From Asterias rubens (Eukaryota), in the NCBI RefSeq assembly GCF_902459465.1, contig NC_047081.1, positions 11,036,001 through 11,100,000 on the forward strand: a stretch of 64,000 bases of DNA, in the 5' to 3' direction. Positions 26,519 through 39,897 of this stretch are shown one piece after another. The position numbers and the translations under genes are program-made. Under the pieces are notes generated by a model. The model searched no databases. It was not told the origin of the DNA and saw only the letters and a list, made by a program, of their open reading frames with translations. Each line of letters begins with the position of its first letter. Position 1 is the stretch's first letter.

Positions 26519-28070
26519 CCCCTGCGGAACCCGTGACCCTGACCCCCTTTGTAGTACTACAATAAAACAAATGTAAAACTCAGCTGATTAGAAACTGTAG
26601 GGTATACTTAGACTTTTATCAAGCAGGCAGCTCGCGAAAACTTGCAAGAAAGGCGTGGGGCTGGAAAAAGTGTGCTATAACCACTGCTGAATGCTTGACT
26701 AATAAACATAAAATATGTTCAACCATGGAATGTTATATCCATGATTTCATGTGCGCCTTGTTTCAAGGCTACGCTGTACCCACGTATGTTTTTATACTAT
26801 TTTTCTGTATTTTTGCATTAATATTATTTTTAAAAAAAATTGTTATGTTTTTGTTTTCAATTTTTTTTTTTTTTTTTTATTGTGAAATAAACTGGTTAGG
26901 GGGATAACTTGTGGCTTGGGTAAATGACACTGGAAAGAATAATCATTTGAATTTTGCTCCAGTTGATAAATTTAAGTCACATTGTTTTCATGGATAGCGA
27001 TCTTTGCGTAGTTTAAGCCTTGGACAGCAGCTAACGGCTCAATTTGTTCGAGCGTGCCGCTGTCACTTTTAGTAGTGGGCTGGAGAGGCTTTGCCCCCAT
27101 GACTTGTCGAGGCTGAACACGCTATAAAGATTGCTATTCCGATACCCCCTCACGTACTATGGGTAGACTAAATATCTCAAACTGTTTTTTTACTCTAAAT
27201 TATTTCTTTGCTACATTTACAAACACTGTTGTCATTATGAAAACAACAAACGTATTAGCCTTTCCACGCATGACTGCTTATGGGGAGGAATGACCTGCGG
27301 TGACCTCCGACCTTGATTATTAACGGTTGACCTTTAAGGTCATGGTGCTTTGGACGCAAGATATTTATTACAAGGCAGTTGTATGCAGAGAGAAAGCGGC
27401 TTGCATAATATGCTGCAATGATGATATGAGTCAAAACAAAATCTAACTTTTTTTTTTTTACTTATAAATGAAACTTAAATCTCGAAAGATGCCTGCAAAT
27501 AATATGCAAATTGTATAATCAAATAAGTCTAATTATAGTTTATCTTTCGCAATAATAGAGGCAACTGTTATGACGAGTTGGAGTTTTATGTGTTTGAGCT
27601 TAGCTGTAATTAAATTGTATTAAACTTTAAACTTTAGTCTCCATGCCTGGCGCTTGGCTTGGTTTGATGTTGGAAGCATCGTTCAAAATGTACACTGCTT
27701 CAATGTTAATAACGGAACCCAGTCTGGAACCGGAGCCTAAGTTGAGATTTAGGCAAAAGCTAAATGTCCTTAACATCGGCTTAGGCCCCGGCTCCCTATC
27801 CGTTTGATGTTGAAGCATGGTAAACAAAATGTGCACTGCTCCGAAAGTGATGACGGAGTCCCCAAATGATGTCAAAGCCGGAGACTATAATCCAATACTA
27901 GAAACAAGTTTCGTGTTTTGTGGATGATTTTATACACGTAAATATTATGATTTTAATCAAACTTTTTTCTATGTTAGAGCAACTTCCATAGCTCTGTTGC
28001 TATGTTAGAGCGACATCCATTATAGACGTGTCTACAAAATCGACCATTCCCGTACGTTGTCTATAGATAA

Positions 28071-28245
28071 TAATAATATACTTTATGTCATCCAATAATA
28101 ATATACTTTATGTCATCCAATACTAATATACTTTATGTCGTCCAATAATAATATACTTTATGTCATCCAATAATAATATACTTTATGTCATCCAATAATA
28201 ATATACTTTATGTCATCCAATAATAATATACTTTATGTCATCCAA
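28071..28245. repeat. Minisatellite, 7 x 25 bp (taataatatactttatgtcatccaa)
   Basis: Seven near-perfect tandem units. Confidence 0.97.
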
Positions 28246-28945
28246 AGCAATGTAATAGCTTGTTTCAGCACGAGGAAGGGATTTTAGTTCTTCGTTTGCC
28301 GACGTGGAATATTAGGTCACATTGACCATGGGACATGGGTAGACTTCACAAAGATAGTCCTCACTAAGGACCAGTCATATAGGACCATTAGGAGTTATAG
28401 CAACTATAGGCTTTCCATAGGACGGATAACTAATAATTATTAACTCCCTGTGATCGGCCCAATTTGTTTCGACATTATTGGCAGTGCCATTTTTTGATTG
28501 GCTCTTTGGATTGGGAGTCAATTTAAATTGTGTTTGCCTTGACTACAGTTTGGTTCTGTATAATGTGTGTTTACCATTTCTAAACGAAAAGGGCACTATT
28601 ATATTATGGTAGAAAAAAATGTTCTCGCTATTACAGAGCGAAGAATTTTATAAAGGGTCGAACAAGTAAAGTACACCGCGAGATATCAATTTTAATATCG
28701 AAATAGGAGATTGTTTGTCGGCTACAATTTTTCTCCAAAATTGTATAATTTCAGACCGAAAAAAAATCCTTAAGTGAATCATTTTTTAATCCTGATATGA
28801 AATTCAGCTGAATAGATTAAATATCTATGGTATACAGTTATTTCGACCAATGTTACTCTTGCCATTAATTATAATTTGATGTTTGACATAACTCGATGTG
28901 ACATTTTAAGTATCAGGTGTTTGAATGACTCCTAAAGGTTATTAA

Positions 28946-29430
28946 AGGCACGGTGCACTATTGGTAATTACTCATAATAATTGTTAGCATAAAAAATGAA
29001 TTTGTTCGAACAATGGGGAGCTGTTGATGTTAAAACATTGTGAGGAAACGGCTCCCTCTGAAGAACGTAGTTTTTTAAAGAAAGAGGTAATGTTTCACTA
29101 AAATAAAAAATGACTTCGGGTGAAGCCTTTTATTAGACATCTGAAAGCGCACAATCCGTTCAACAAGGTTTGTCCAATAGCAACTGCAATGACCAAATTG
29201 AGTCAAAATGTTGTGCATATTATGTTTGGATACACCAAGTGAGAATACAAGTGGCCTCTGACAATAGGAGACTTTCCAACGCTAGGTGGCAGCAGACATA
29301 CCGGGTAAATTTCCATTGTTTACGTAGTTCTGAACATGCGCATAATTCTGAGAACAATGGATTTACCCGGTAAGTCTGCTGCCCTCTATCGTCCCAGAAA
29401 GTCTCCCATTACCAAAGGTGTCCAGTGCCT
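28946..29430 (-). mobile_element. TTAA-flanked element (same family as 18708) containing a nested palindromic MITE at 29266-29407
   Basis: TTAA|aggcac ... ggtgtccagtgcct|TTAA. The nested arms are aggagactttc...gcagcagacataccgggtaaat / atttacccggtaagtctgctgc...gaaagtctccc. Confidence 0.8.
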
Positions 29431-30182
29431 TTAAACCATGACCGGAAAAATACACAAACAAATGGTTATTTTAGAGAGTGACAAAATAGCTTTGCAATAC
29501 ACATGGCTCTTCCAGTTGGCCATAATATAATATATTATAGTTTATGGAATGTGTTATTAATTTTGTGTATGGGTTTTGCTCAAAAATGTGTGTTTTCAAA
29601 GCACCGTTGATCTTTTTAAATTTAAAAACTATATACGAAGCCATAATCCTTGTCAAGAATTCTTCCTTCCACTCCAAGAGTTTAATATGTTATTTGTTCT
29701 TATTTATATATTTAACCCAACTGCTGAATATTGTACACAGTAAAGCATATTTTTAAAGGTTTATTGTGGTATTTAGTCAGAATGGCAAACTTGCATCGCA
29801 ATATTTTAAACAAAATAATGTCTCAAGTGTCGATTATTTTTGTCTTGATTTTTATTCACAAACTGTGATTAATAACAAATATCTATATTTCATTATGGTG
29901 CAGCCATCTCGAATTTCTCCAATTGATTTGAGTGTTACCAAACCGAGGCTGCAAAAAAAAAAACAGAATAGTCTGGATCCTATTTGCAAAATGGTTACTA
30001 GCATTCATTATTGTTATTCGATACGAGGAACATGACCAAGATGGAGACAGCATGATAAGGGCCTATGGCTAATGTCTGTGTCAACGTAATGCTGATTATT
30101 CACTTTTGACGTGCATGGCAAAATTTAAGTGTGATGTTGTTCGCGCCATAATTGCATGATCAAGAGAATCCTCGCTACCAAA

Positions 30183-30500
30183 TTAAAAATTTTGACTTAA
30201 AACATCGCACAGAAACATAGAGGAAGTGTTCTCTGAAGAAAAAGAATCATTAAAACTTTGAGCTTTTTGAAAGACAAAATAGTTCCTCTTCATTACAATG
30301 TCCTTCCGATATGGCTTGATTTGCCCTACAAAAGCATTGACCTCAGGAGAACCCAACAGTCCCATGGCAGTCATCTTTGGAGGCAAACCAATGGGAAACC
30401 ATCTTGGCTCTTGCTCTATGATGGCATCGAGCCTTTGGCCTCCAAGTAACCTAACAAGCTTGACAGAAAAAGGCGCGGGTTCCAGCCCAATGTGAACGTG
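30183..30500 (-). mobile_element. Possible 3' ORF2 remnant of an L1/Tx1-type LINE
   Basis: Open frame ...WFPIGLPP...EVNAFVGQIK...MKRNYFVFQK, loosely resembling the N-x5-K...RN-x-x-VF C-terminal pattern of L1/Tx1 ORF2. No RT or endonuclease motif is seen. Confidence 0.25.
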
Positions 30501-31254
30501 GATTTTGTTTTACCCGAAACTTAAACTGCTTTTGGTCGCTTGAAGTAGAAGAAATAGTTAATTGTCTGTGAGCCGTATCTTGACAGATAGTCCACCGGAA
30601 AAAATAACATGATGATACACCAGTCTCGTTTCCGTTCTATAACCTAGATTCCAACTTGGTAATAATATTATTATTAAAATAACATCTATAAGGGAAATAG
30701 GAATAATGGTTCTCCATACGCTCAAACAATGGGAAGCCTATCGTAAATATTGAGCTCTATCTGTGAAACAACATTCCGGGCAAAAATTAATAGGGTATGT
30801 GTCTATTATGTGTCCTGTTGCCGCCAATTCAACTTAAATATTTACAACGAGGAACCTGGTAAGAATGTTGGATTTGAGTTCAAGTATAGGCGCCTATATA
30901 AACCCGCACTACGAACTATGGTGGGGACTCGGGAGCTCTGTACCAGAATGTGTCTTGGTTTGAACGTGTTTACAGGCCTGCATTCATTTGGACTTGATGA
31001 AGCGCTGGGCTGAGCGAAAACTAGACTATCAAAAACATAAACCATCATAAACAGACACAATAGACAAGGCCCAAAATCCAAACATGTATGTAGACCATGT
31101 TTCTTTGTGCAACCCCCAAAATCATAGACCATGTTTACATAGAGCTTTACTTCCTGCGGGCATGATTTGCTGCACAAACGGAAGAAAACATAACTCTTTG
31201 ACAGGAGATTGCATTGCCTGGGTAATACTCAACTACAAATGAAAGGTGACCCGT

Positions 31255-31914
31255 GCCGGTTTCAGATGCAATTGTGTCCGCACTGCAAGCTGCAATACTG
31301 TCCTCTCCGGACACTATTGCATATGCACTCGTGTCCGGGGCTATGCAAAAACCGTCCGGTGGACATACTTGACTAGTCTGTATCATGTAATGTGCGCGCG
31401 CGTGTAAGCGAGCGTGCATGCACTTAACCTACGTATTCACATTATATGATTGCAGCGAATACCCAACGGTCAAACATTTCCCATGTCATTCATGACATGC
31501 ACTTATTTTCTTGTTAAAGCCATTATACACTTTCGGTACAGAAAACAAAAGTTCACAGATTTACAACAGGAGTGGGTTTTCCCGTTATTTTCTCCCGACT
31601 CCAATGACCGATTGAGCCTAAATTTTCACAGGTTTGTTATTTTATATAAAAGTTGTGATACACGAAGTGTACTGTTTACCGAAAGTGTATAGTGGCTTTT
31701 AAACAAATGGCGAACGTGTTCCGTCGACCAACCAAAAGGGCGTTTTACTGCATGGACGGTTTGCACGGGAGTGGACACAACTGCACTATGCAGCAGCCGT
31801 CCGAGCAGCGTCCGGGCGGACACGATTGCATATGCAAAACCGTCCGGCGGACATTATTGCATGTGCAATAATGGATAGTATTGCATAGAGGACATAATTG
31901 CATGCGACACCGGC
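31255..31914. mobile_element. Repetitive element with TIR gccggt(g/t)tc...gacaccggc, copy 1 (extra ~200-bp internal segment)
   Basis: Aligns to 32282-32750; rich in gtccgg and tgcatatgca motifs. Confidence 0.7.
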
Positions 31915-32281
31915 CGTATCTTGCCTGACAAGCCTACTGTGGCAAAATGTAGGCCACAGAATAAGAGTTTCAAAATTCCGTGCGAACTTCCTTTTCCCCC
32001 TTTTTGTTTAATACTTGTTTTTTCTCGAATTGTTGGGGGGGGGGGGGTGGATTCTGTCTCCGGAGATTCTATTCCGCCATAAGACAAACTTCTTCTGACA
32101 GCGCCCTCTTTTGAATCCATCTCACACAGGGGACATATTCTCATCCGATTATCCCTGTGGACTTCATGCTGTAATTAAAAAATAATTTAGACTATCGAGG
32201 ATGGTGCTCCAATCGATGTCACGGCTGCAAAATCGTCAAATTTTTGACACATTCAAGTTGGTGAGAACTTGAGTATTGGAA

Positions 32282-32750
32282 GCCGGTGTCAGATGCAATT
32301 GTGTCCGCCATGCAATACTGTCCGCTCCGGACACTTTTGCATATGCAATCGTGTCCGGGGCTATGCAAAAACCGTCCGGCGGACACTACATGACTGTACA
32401 AAGTGCGCGGGTAAGCGAGCGTGCATGGCACTTACGTATGCAGCATGAATATTCACGTATTTAATGATTGCAGCGATTACCCGACGGCCGAAAAATTCCC
32501 ATGTCATCCATGACAAGCACTTAGCTTGTAAAAAAATGGCGAACGTGCTCCGTCGACCAAGGGAGTTTAATTTACTGCAAGGACGGTTTTGCACCGGCGG
32601 ACACAACTGCATATGCAAATTTGTCCGGTCGGACACAATTGCATTATGCAGCATCGTCCGGGTGGACATGATTGCATATGCAAAACCGTCCGGCGAACAT
32701 TATTGCATATGCAATCATGTCCTCCGGATAGTATTGCATGCGACACCGGC
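32282..32750. mobile_element. Same element, copy 2, ending ~160 bp upstream of the IVD start codon
   Basis: gccggtgtcagatgcaat ... attgcatgcgacaccggc inverted termini. Confidence 0.7.
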
Positions 32751-32908
32751 CAGCTTTTTGCAAAGTGAAATAAATAGCGCCACCAATCAATATTTCTTAT
32801 CTAACATAGTCGGGTAACTTACGCAATATCGGTAGTACTAAACAAGACAAGAGGAGGTTAGTAACTATACCACAGTAGACTCCAAAGAAACTCTGCATGC
32901 AAAACACC

Positions 32909-35900
32909 ATGGCGGCACTAGTGAAGAATTTTAGCAATTTATCCCGGCGGATTTTGCCATGTATTTCGAGAGTATCGGCTCCGTTACAGAGTAGTGTACC
33001 CTCCAGACGGCAGGGGACATACGTCGACATTGATGACAACATATCTGGGCTTACTGACGAACAAAAACAGGTAAGACCGGAGCTTTTTATTGATGCCTAG
33101 TTTCCGGACATTACTTTGTACTTTTTAGGTAGGCCTCTTTTAGGGAAAATAAGTGGTGGCGCCATACGGAAACTTTTCCAAGCAAAATATCGCGTTGTTG
33201 GCATTATTTATTTCATGACGAAGAAAACTCCAGGCCAATTTTTGGGTACCTTGATTCATGAACCTTGGTTTACTATAGTTAAAAAAATATCGATAATAAA
33301 GTTTTTTTTAATATCGTCAATCTGGAGAAAAAAGCTTGGATTTTTAGTTTTTAATGAGGTCTGTTTTGTTAAGTTTACGTTGAACCTGATTTAGTAATTA
33401 AATAAGACTAATTTGTTGGTCTTGGCATCACCGTCGAGAATTTTGTCTTATTGTAGAAACATATACATAGAATAGGCTAGATGATAGAATTTACACTACC
33501 GACCGTACAACTTGTACGGTCGGTACAGCCACTTGAAACATCTACACAATCTGTGTGTGATTCCGACCCTCTGTTGCATGCCCTAGAGTCTTAGCCTTAT
33601 TTAGTTTAGTGTCCCTTCAAAAAGTTCAATAGTCTCTCATCAAATAGATTTTCCAATGAATGCGCCCTTTGATAAATAAAAAATGGCCTTGCCCTCTTCT
33701 TAATCTTTAAATAAAGATAAAATTTGAGGTTCTGATGATTGATTTTTATTTTAGAAATAATCACAAAATTTTCTTTTAATTAATTACAGCTTCGGGAATC
33801 AGTGTTTCGATTTTGCCAAGATGAACTTGCCCCCAAGGCTGCTGAGATTGACGCCAAGAATACATTTGATGGACAGAGGGTAAGTAAGAGCTGCACCAGT
33901 GTTTGCTATCTTCAATTTTATTCAGATTTCTTTTTGTTAAACATAAGACCAAAGAGGACCAGAAAGAAAACAAATCTGTAATACTTATGGTATTTTTTTT
34001 ATATGGCACTCCCACAGTTTTTTGGAGTACATTACAATTTGCTTTACAAACACAAGTAAAACAGTAGAAACCAGACACTAGAAATATGGTGAATGTCGTG
34101 GCCCAGTGATCTAGTTCACTGACGACCCAACCTGCAGTATTAAAAGCAGCAAAGTGTGGATTCGATGCCCAGTCATGACAATTGTGCCCTTGAGCAAGCC
34201 ACTTAACCATAATTGCTAATTGTTGTTTTATCTTCTTCTCAATTAAGGAATTCTGGAAGAAATTGGGTGATTTTGGACTGCTTGGGATGACTGTGCCAGG
34301 TAAGTTGAATCATGGAGGAAGGAAGAGAATGAGTTCTCTTCTTTCCTCCATGGTTGAATGGAGGAGCACATCCAATGTCCTTAGATTTGCCTTAAAAATA
34401 AGCATCATTCACTGTACTCACTCTGAAAAATAAATGCAATAAACATTTGGTTTGAAGCCTACAGCAGCTTTCGATAGTATCAAACATTTTGAGAAACATG
34501 TCGCTTCAGAGTAGTAAGGTTATGTAAAAAGACATCAGTTTGTATGCGTCCAAAATTTGAATATTTACAAGAAGCGTTCTTAGATTGCGAATCCCTACTA
34601 AGGATTAATTCTTGGTAGAGTGCCAGATTGTTAAGTGAAAGGTCGTTGGTTCAAATCCCAAGTCTTAGTCAACTCTACTTTGTTCAACGCCACATTATTT
34701 AAAAATTTTAATACCTCGTCAATTTTCTATGTGGTTTAAATACCTTGTTAAATAAAGAATTGTACCTACTTTCAAAACTGTCTTTTTTGCGAACCCCTTG
34801 CTTGTTCACAGAGGAGTTGGGAGGTACCGGGGGTTCATACTTGGATCATTGTATAGTCATGGAGGAGATGACCAGGGCGTCGGCCGCAATCGCTCTGAGC
34901 TACGGAGCCCACTCAAACCTTTGCGTGAATCAAATTGTACGCAACGGAAACGATGCGCAGAAAGCAAAATACCTTCCAAAGGTAATTGCAACTTAAAGGT
35001 TTTTTTTATATTTTTTTTACTACAATTTCATACCTCCTTTTCGTAAAACACGAGGTGCCCTGTGCTTTTGCTGTGGTGCCCTCTGCAAGGTTCCAATAAA
35101 AACTTACATTTTCCCCATAGAAGTGCCCCTTACCAGATGAAAATTGCTGTGCCCCTTCAAACAAGTGTATCAAAATTATTTTAATCTAACTGTCTTGAGC
35201 GCCTTTGAACAACTTTGGTTGATTTTGGCACTTTGTAAATTCCCTCTGATTGATTGATTGACTGATTGATTGAAGAGGGAAGTTCAAGCCTGCCAAAGTA
35301 TGAAGTGATTATCACGTAATTGTGACACAAGTGTTACATCTAAGATGTAGAATGGTTTTTCTTATACTCTTTGCAGTTGATCTCGGGTGAACATATAGGA
35401 GCCTTGGCCATGAGTGAGGCAAACAGTGGATCGGATGTTGTCTCAATGAGACTGAAGGCAGAAAAGAAAGGTACGTTTATGGTTTACTTTGCACAAAAAC
35501 TTTAATACCTGTACAGTCAACTCTCGTTATGCCAAGATCACTGGGACTGGCCAAATACCCTCTTTATAGCAGTAACGATGTTGTAAGAGTACAGCAAAAT
35601 AAAGAAACACAAAGCAGAAAAGAGATTCAGGACTTCAGAATGTACTCTTTATAAGCAGGACCTCTTCTTAACAGTACTCTTTATAATGAGAGCCAACTGT
35701 AATAGCTTGTCCTTATATAAATAGTTTTTATAAAGCACATTTTACAATATCATATCAATGCGCCTTACATTAGTGCCCTGGTCCTTGGGCCAATAACATT
35801 CCTGCAGCCGATTTCACAAAAGGCTAGGATTAATCTTGAATTAGGACGAGTAACCCCTCCGAACTTGGGATGGGTTCAATGCGTCCTAACGTCTTTGTAT

Positions 35901-38146
35901 ACCGAACTGAACTCGTCCTAAGTCCTAAGAATAATCTAAGTCCTAAGTTAGGAAGACCTTGGTGAAATCAACGGCTGTAATCTTTCTCAGCTCCCTGGGA
36001 AGTATCAGCCTGCTTTTTCAAACACAATATCAACCTCTACCCTCGCAGGTACCCATTTATATCCCCTGTGTGCAGAGAAGCAGTTATAGTAAAGCAACTT
36101 TCTCAAGGACACAAGTGCCAAGAGCAGGACCTTAACCCATCCTCGGGAAAACACCAGAACTTGGGTCAAGTGCACTAGACTGTCAGCCACGGCACTCACT
36201 AACCCATTTCCTCAGTGTGGTTAGTTGTAACAGTTAAGTCTATTTCAGAGCATCAAATTTTATTTATATAAAATCTGTACTATTGTGTATTCGTAGGAGA
36301 TCATTACGTACTGAACGGCACCAAGTTTTGGATCACAAACGGGCCCGATGCCGACGTCCTGGTGGTCTATGCAAAGACAGACGCTGCAGCAGAAGCTAAA
36401 CACGGTATCACGACGTTCATCATCGAAAAGGTAAGAAAAGCAAATGCTCTGGGCCCAATTTCATTCCTCTTATAATCGTAAGCAAAGAATCGGCACTTAT
36501 GGAAGCAGGTATTTTCGTGCTCACGGGTAAAGAGGTAAATTAGTGGTACCACAGTCAACTCTCCTACCGTCGTGCCATTCAATCTCGTACACTGTGGTTA
36601 TGATATAAAGTACTGAATAAATGAATCTACACATTATAATATTGTGTACATGTACTACGTCAACCCTATGGTAACCTTTCACCTTTGATCAACCCTTGGG
36701 TAACCTTTCACCTCTGACCTACAGGACTTTGAGGGATTCAGTACATCACCAAAGCTTGACAAGCTCGGTATGCGCGGCTCCAACACCTCGGAGCTGGTGT
36801 TTGATAACTGCAGGGTACCAGGTAGGTCAAGTCCTTCTGTTTTTGGCGTTGAGTCCATGGTAGTTTTTCCCCAATACCAAACTTGAAGCATAGATTATGC
36901 TCTTTCAAATGTATGAGAAAAAAATTAGTTGACCAAGGGTGGTTTTGTCGAGTTAGGGCGAGTTACCCGTCCTAATTTAGGACTAGCCACACGTTTTGTA
37001 TATCTCCTAGGACTAGTCCTAAGTTAAACTAGTCCTAACTCTTTGTGAAATCGACCCCTGGGTCAGCAAACAACTCATTTTTGTTTTGCTTGATTGCAAC
37101 ACATGTTACAATGAGCTTTTTTCTTATTTTGGGGTTGAATAAAAAAAAAAATTCTTGAGTGGGACTCGAACCAACGACCTCTGGATTAACATGCAGGGCA
37201 AACTGAGCTAGCCTTATGTTGGCAGTCTCCCTAGTTTTTTCAATACCTTTGTACGGGGGTGCCATTTATTTTGTTTTCATGGTTCTGATGTTAAGTCCAT
37301 GTTTTATTTACCTTTTACTAGTTGAGAATGTGATGGGGCCGTTAAATAAAGGTGTCTATGTCCTCATGAGTGGTTTGGACTTGGAGAGGCTGATCTTATC
37401 TGGCGGACCGGTAGGGTGAGTTCAAACGTTTTTTTATTAGTTGTTGAAGTTGAAGTTATCATCATTGTTGAAGTTGTATTTTTGTTTACATCGATGTGTG
37501 TTAGCACTATAAACTCAGTTACTCAGCAGTGTCCACTGCCTATAATTGTTTGCATATTTAATTGTTTGCATATTTAGTTGTTTGTATACATGTGTATGTT
37601 ATTGTATGCATATTTAATTGTTTGCATTTTTAATTGTTTGCATATTTAATTGTTTGCATATTTAATTGTTTGCATATTTAATTGTTTGAATATATACTTG
37701 TTTGCATATTCAATTGTTTGCATATATAATTATTTGCATATTTAGCTGTTTGCATATGTAACCGTTTGAACATCAGATTATACATATGGAAACAGTGTTT
37801 TAGAACTGTCAGTTTACTTTATGGAACTTTATGAATTGATAGTTTGTTGTTCGTTTGTTTACCTCGGCGAACACCTGACTTTCGATTTTTGATGTTTCAA
37901 TATTGAATGTTTCTTTTACAGGTTCATGTTATTAACAAATCCCCTTTTCACTTTCATATGTTTATCATCATGTCGTTGTAATTCTCTTGAAGATTAGCTT
38001 AGAATTACCTTAGAATTACCTTAGAATTACCATGCATTTTTCTTTACATTGTCATTGCATCTGTTCGTATTCTTAAATGGTTAAAGTGTCTCCACTTTTC
38101 AAAAAAGGCTGTTACTTGCAGGGTGGATATGTGCGCATTACAAGTC

Positions 38147-38196
<50 letters not shown>

Positions 38197-39881
38197 TAAG
38201 ATTTCGAGTTTTGCTTTTTAATAGTCAATGTAGTCAATGCATAATGGCAGAAGATTTCGATTTTTTAATTTTTTTTATTGTAAATGTACTATTAAAATGC
38301 ATAAGGGATAGGCCTAAAGATTAATATTTTAGCCCACACTTACCGATGTGTGATAAGCACTTTATTTAATGCAGTCTTGTGATGTGTTTTAACAAAACTA
38401 TTCCATTTTTGTTCCAGCATTATGCAGGCGTGTATGGACATTACTGTACCGTACCTGATGACTAGAACAGCATTCGGTAGGCCCATCGGCGAATTCCAGG
38501 TAAACAAAAACGTTATACCTCCTGATAGATCTGACACTTTGCAAGGCAGTGTTGGGTTTTGTGGCCAAATAGTTAAAAGCACCGGACTCAAGCTCTGGTG
38601 TTTCTGATCAGTAGGGTGTAGGTTCGAGTCTTTGTTACCCTAAGAGCGTTGTCCTTAAGATGGAACACTAACCAGCAGTTCCCATGAACTCGGCTTGATA
38701 GTACATGGAAAAGTATCCAGAACACTTATCGTCGAAGAGTAGGGGTTAGCCCTGTTTTTTTTTCACAGTGACATAGCAAGCACTCTTGTTGTTAACAGTT
38801 TTCCTCAGGCTCATGAACTTCAGTGATTAAGTTCACTTATGAGCCATCCTTGGTTTCAATACCAGAAATTATAGTACCGAAAATAATGTGCCCTCTGAGT
38901 TCGCTTTCAAGTACCGCTCTAGTAAATTTTATTTAGTTTGTGGAAATATACCCCAAAGTGGATCTTAGATTGAATGGTTTTCTCTTTTCCTTTTGATTTT
39001 TCAGTTGATGCAGGGTAAGATGGCCGACATGTACACACGACTCAACGTCAGTCGCTCATACCTGTATAACGTAGCGAGGGCAGCAGACAGGGGGTTCGTC
39101 AGCGCAAAAGACTGTGCTGCGGTCATCCTGTACACAGCTGAGAATGCTACGCAAGTAGCGCTTGACGCTATACAGTGCCTTGGTAAGACATTTCGTTTGA
39201 TAGTACATCTAGGATTTGAGGTGGAGATGCAGTTATTTAAAGGCCCTTGACACTATATTGGTAATAATACTCAAAATAATTGTTAGCATAAAAATGCACG
39301 TAATGAGCATGGAGAGCTGTTGATATTACAAAAGATTTTGAGAATAACGTATCGTGTCCAGTGCATTTAATGCTGTGTGGTACCCCATGTATAAATCTCT
39401 TATACTTTTATTTGGAAACAAACCCTTGTCTCCTAACGACTGTAAACCAGGCCAAGATGATTTGCTTAAATTGTAATAGTGAGCACTAATTGCTGGGCAG
39501 TGGCTGTGGTGTGAGAGGCTCATAGATTCACCTTTTACACCTGATGCACATTGCGTCCTTTGAGTTGGGCGCCCTCAACTAGAGGGCAAAAGAAGGTTGC
39601 TCATTGGCCAATCTTGTGCGTTGCGCGTTCATAGATGTCCTTTTTCTGTTGATTCATCATCGTTTGATCTGGAAGATGGGGATTTGTTGTCACTTTATGT
39701 TTCAAGAGTTGAATTTTCGTTTTCCATTTCGTCTTTTTATACACCAGGTGGTAACGGATACATCAACGATTACCCAACTGGGCGTTTACTAAGAGATGCT
39801 AAGCTGTATGAGATTGGGGCGGGAACCAGTGAGATTAGAAGACTTATCATTGGTCGAGCCCTCAACGCGGAATATAAGTAA
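32909..39881 (+). CDS. IVD: Isovaleryl-CoA dehydrogenase, mitochondrial; exons 32909-33070, 33790-33879, 34248-34299, 34812-34981, 35377-35470, 36297-36430, 36725-36821, 37322-37415, 38418-38499, 39005-39182, 39748-39881 (428 aa)
   Basis: caccATGg start and an Arg/Ser-rich presequence. Motifs [56 protein letters not shown] (IVD-type catalytic Glu) and [14 protein letters not shown] (Ala at the position of the MCAD Glu). All junctions are GT-AG and in phase; 1287 nt total. Confidence 0.97.
34095..34217 (+). mobile_element. tRNA-derived SINE fragment
   Basis: A-box-like gtggcccagtg and B-box-like ggattcgatgccc, then gtgcccttgagcaagccacttaac. Confidence 0.65.
36005..36195 (-). mobile_element. 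tRNA-derived SINE
   Basis: The minus strand reads gccgtggctgacagtctagtgcac...ttgtgtccttgagaaag...ataaatgggtacctg, the same family as 34095 and 38554. Confidence 0.7.
37158..37213 (-). mobile_element. Degenerate tRNA-like SINE head followed by a T-run
   Basis: The minus strand reads gctagctcagtt...gttaatccagaggtcgttggttcgagtcccactc. A and B boxes are present but no complete cloverleaf. Confidence 0.55.
37541..37760. repeat. 16-bp minisatellite (atatttaattgtttgc), ~13 degenerate copies
   Basis: Tandem units read directly. Confidence 0.9.
38147..38196. repeat. (TTA)n microsatellite
   Basis: About 16 perfect units. Confidence 0.97.
38554..38752 (+). mobile_element. tRNA-derived SINE
   Basis: gtggccaaatagttaaaagcaccggactcaagctctggtgtt...ggttcgagtc...gtccttaagatgg. 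Confidence 0.65.
39241..39366. mobile_element. Short, internally deleted TTAA-flanked element
   Basis: TTAA|aggcccttgacactattggtaat ... gtgtccagtgcat|TTAA; ends ~20 bp before the left breakpoint of the segmental duplication. Confidence 0.65.
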
Positions 39882-39891
39882 CCTCATGAAT

Positions 39892-39897
39892 AATAAA
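39892..39897 (+). terminator. Poly(A) signal AATAAA after the IVD stop (a second at 39911-39916)
   Basis: Canonical hexamer 11 nt after TAA. Confidence 0.5.

Noticed and set aside
28071-28245. CRISPR-like repeat array
   Set aside because: The units are directly adjacent with no unique spacers, and the context is eukaryotic; it is a plain minisatellite.
37158-37213. Possible tRNA gene
   Set aside because: A and B boxes are present but the D arm and acceptor stem do not close; treated as a SINE head.
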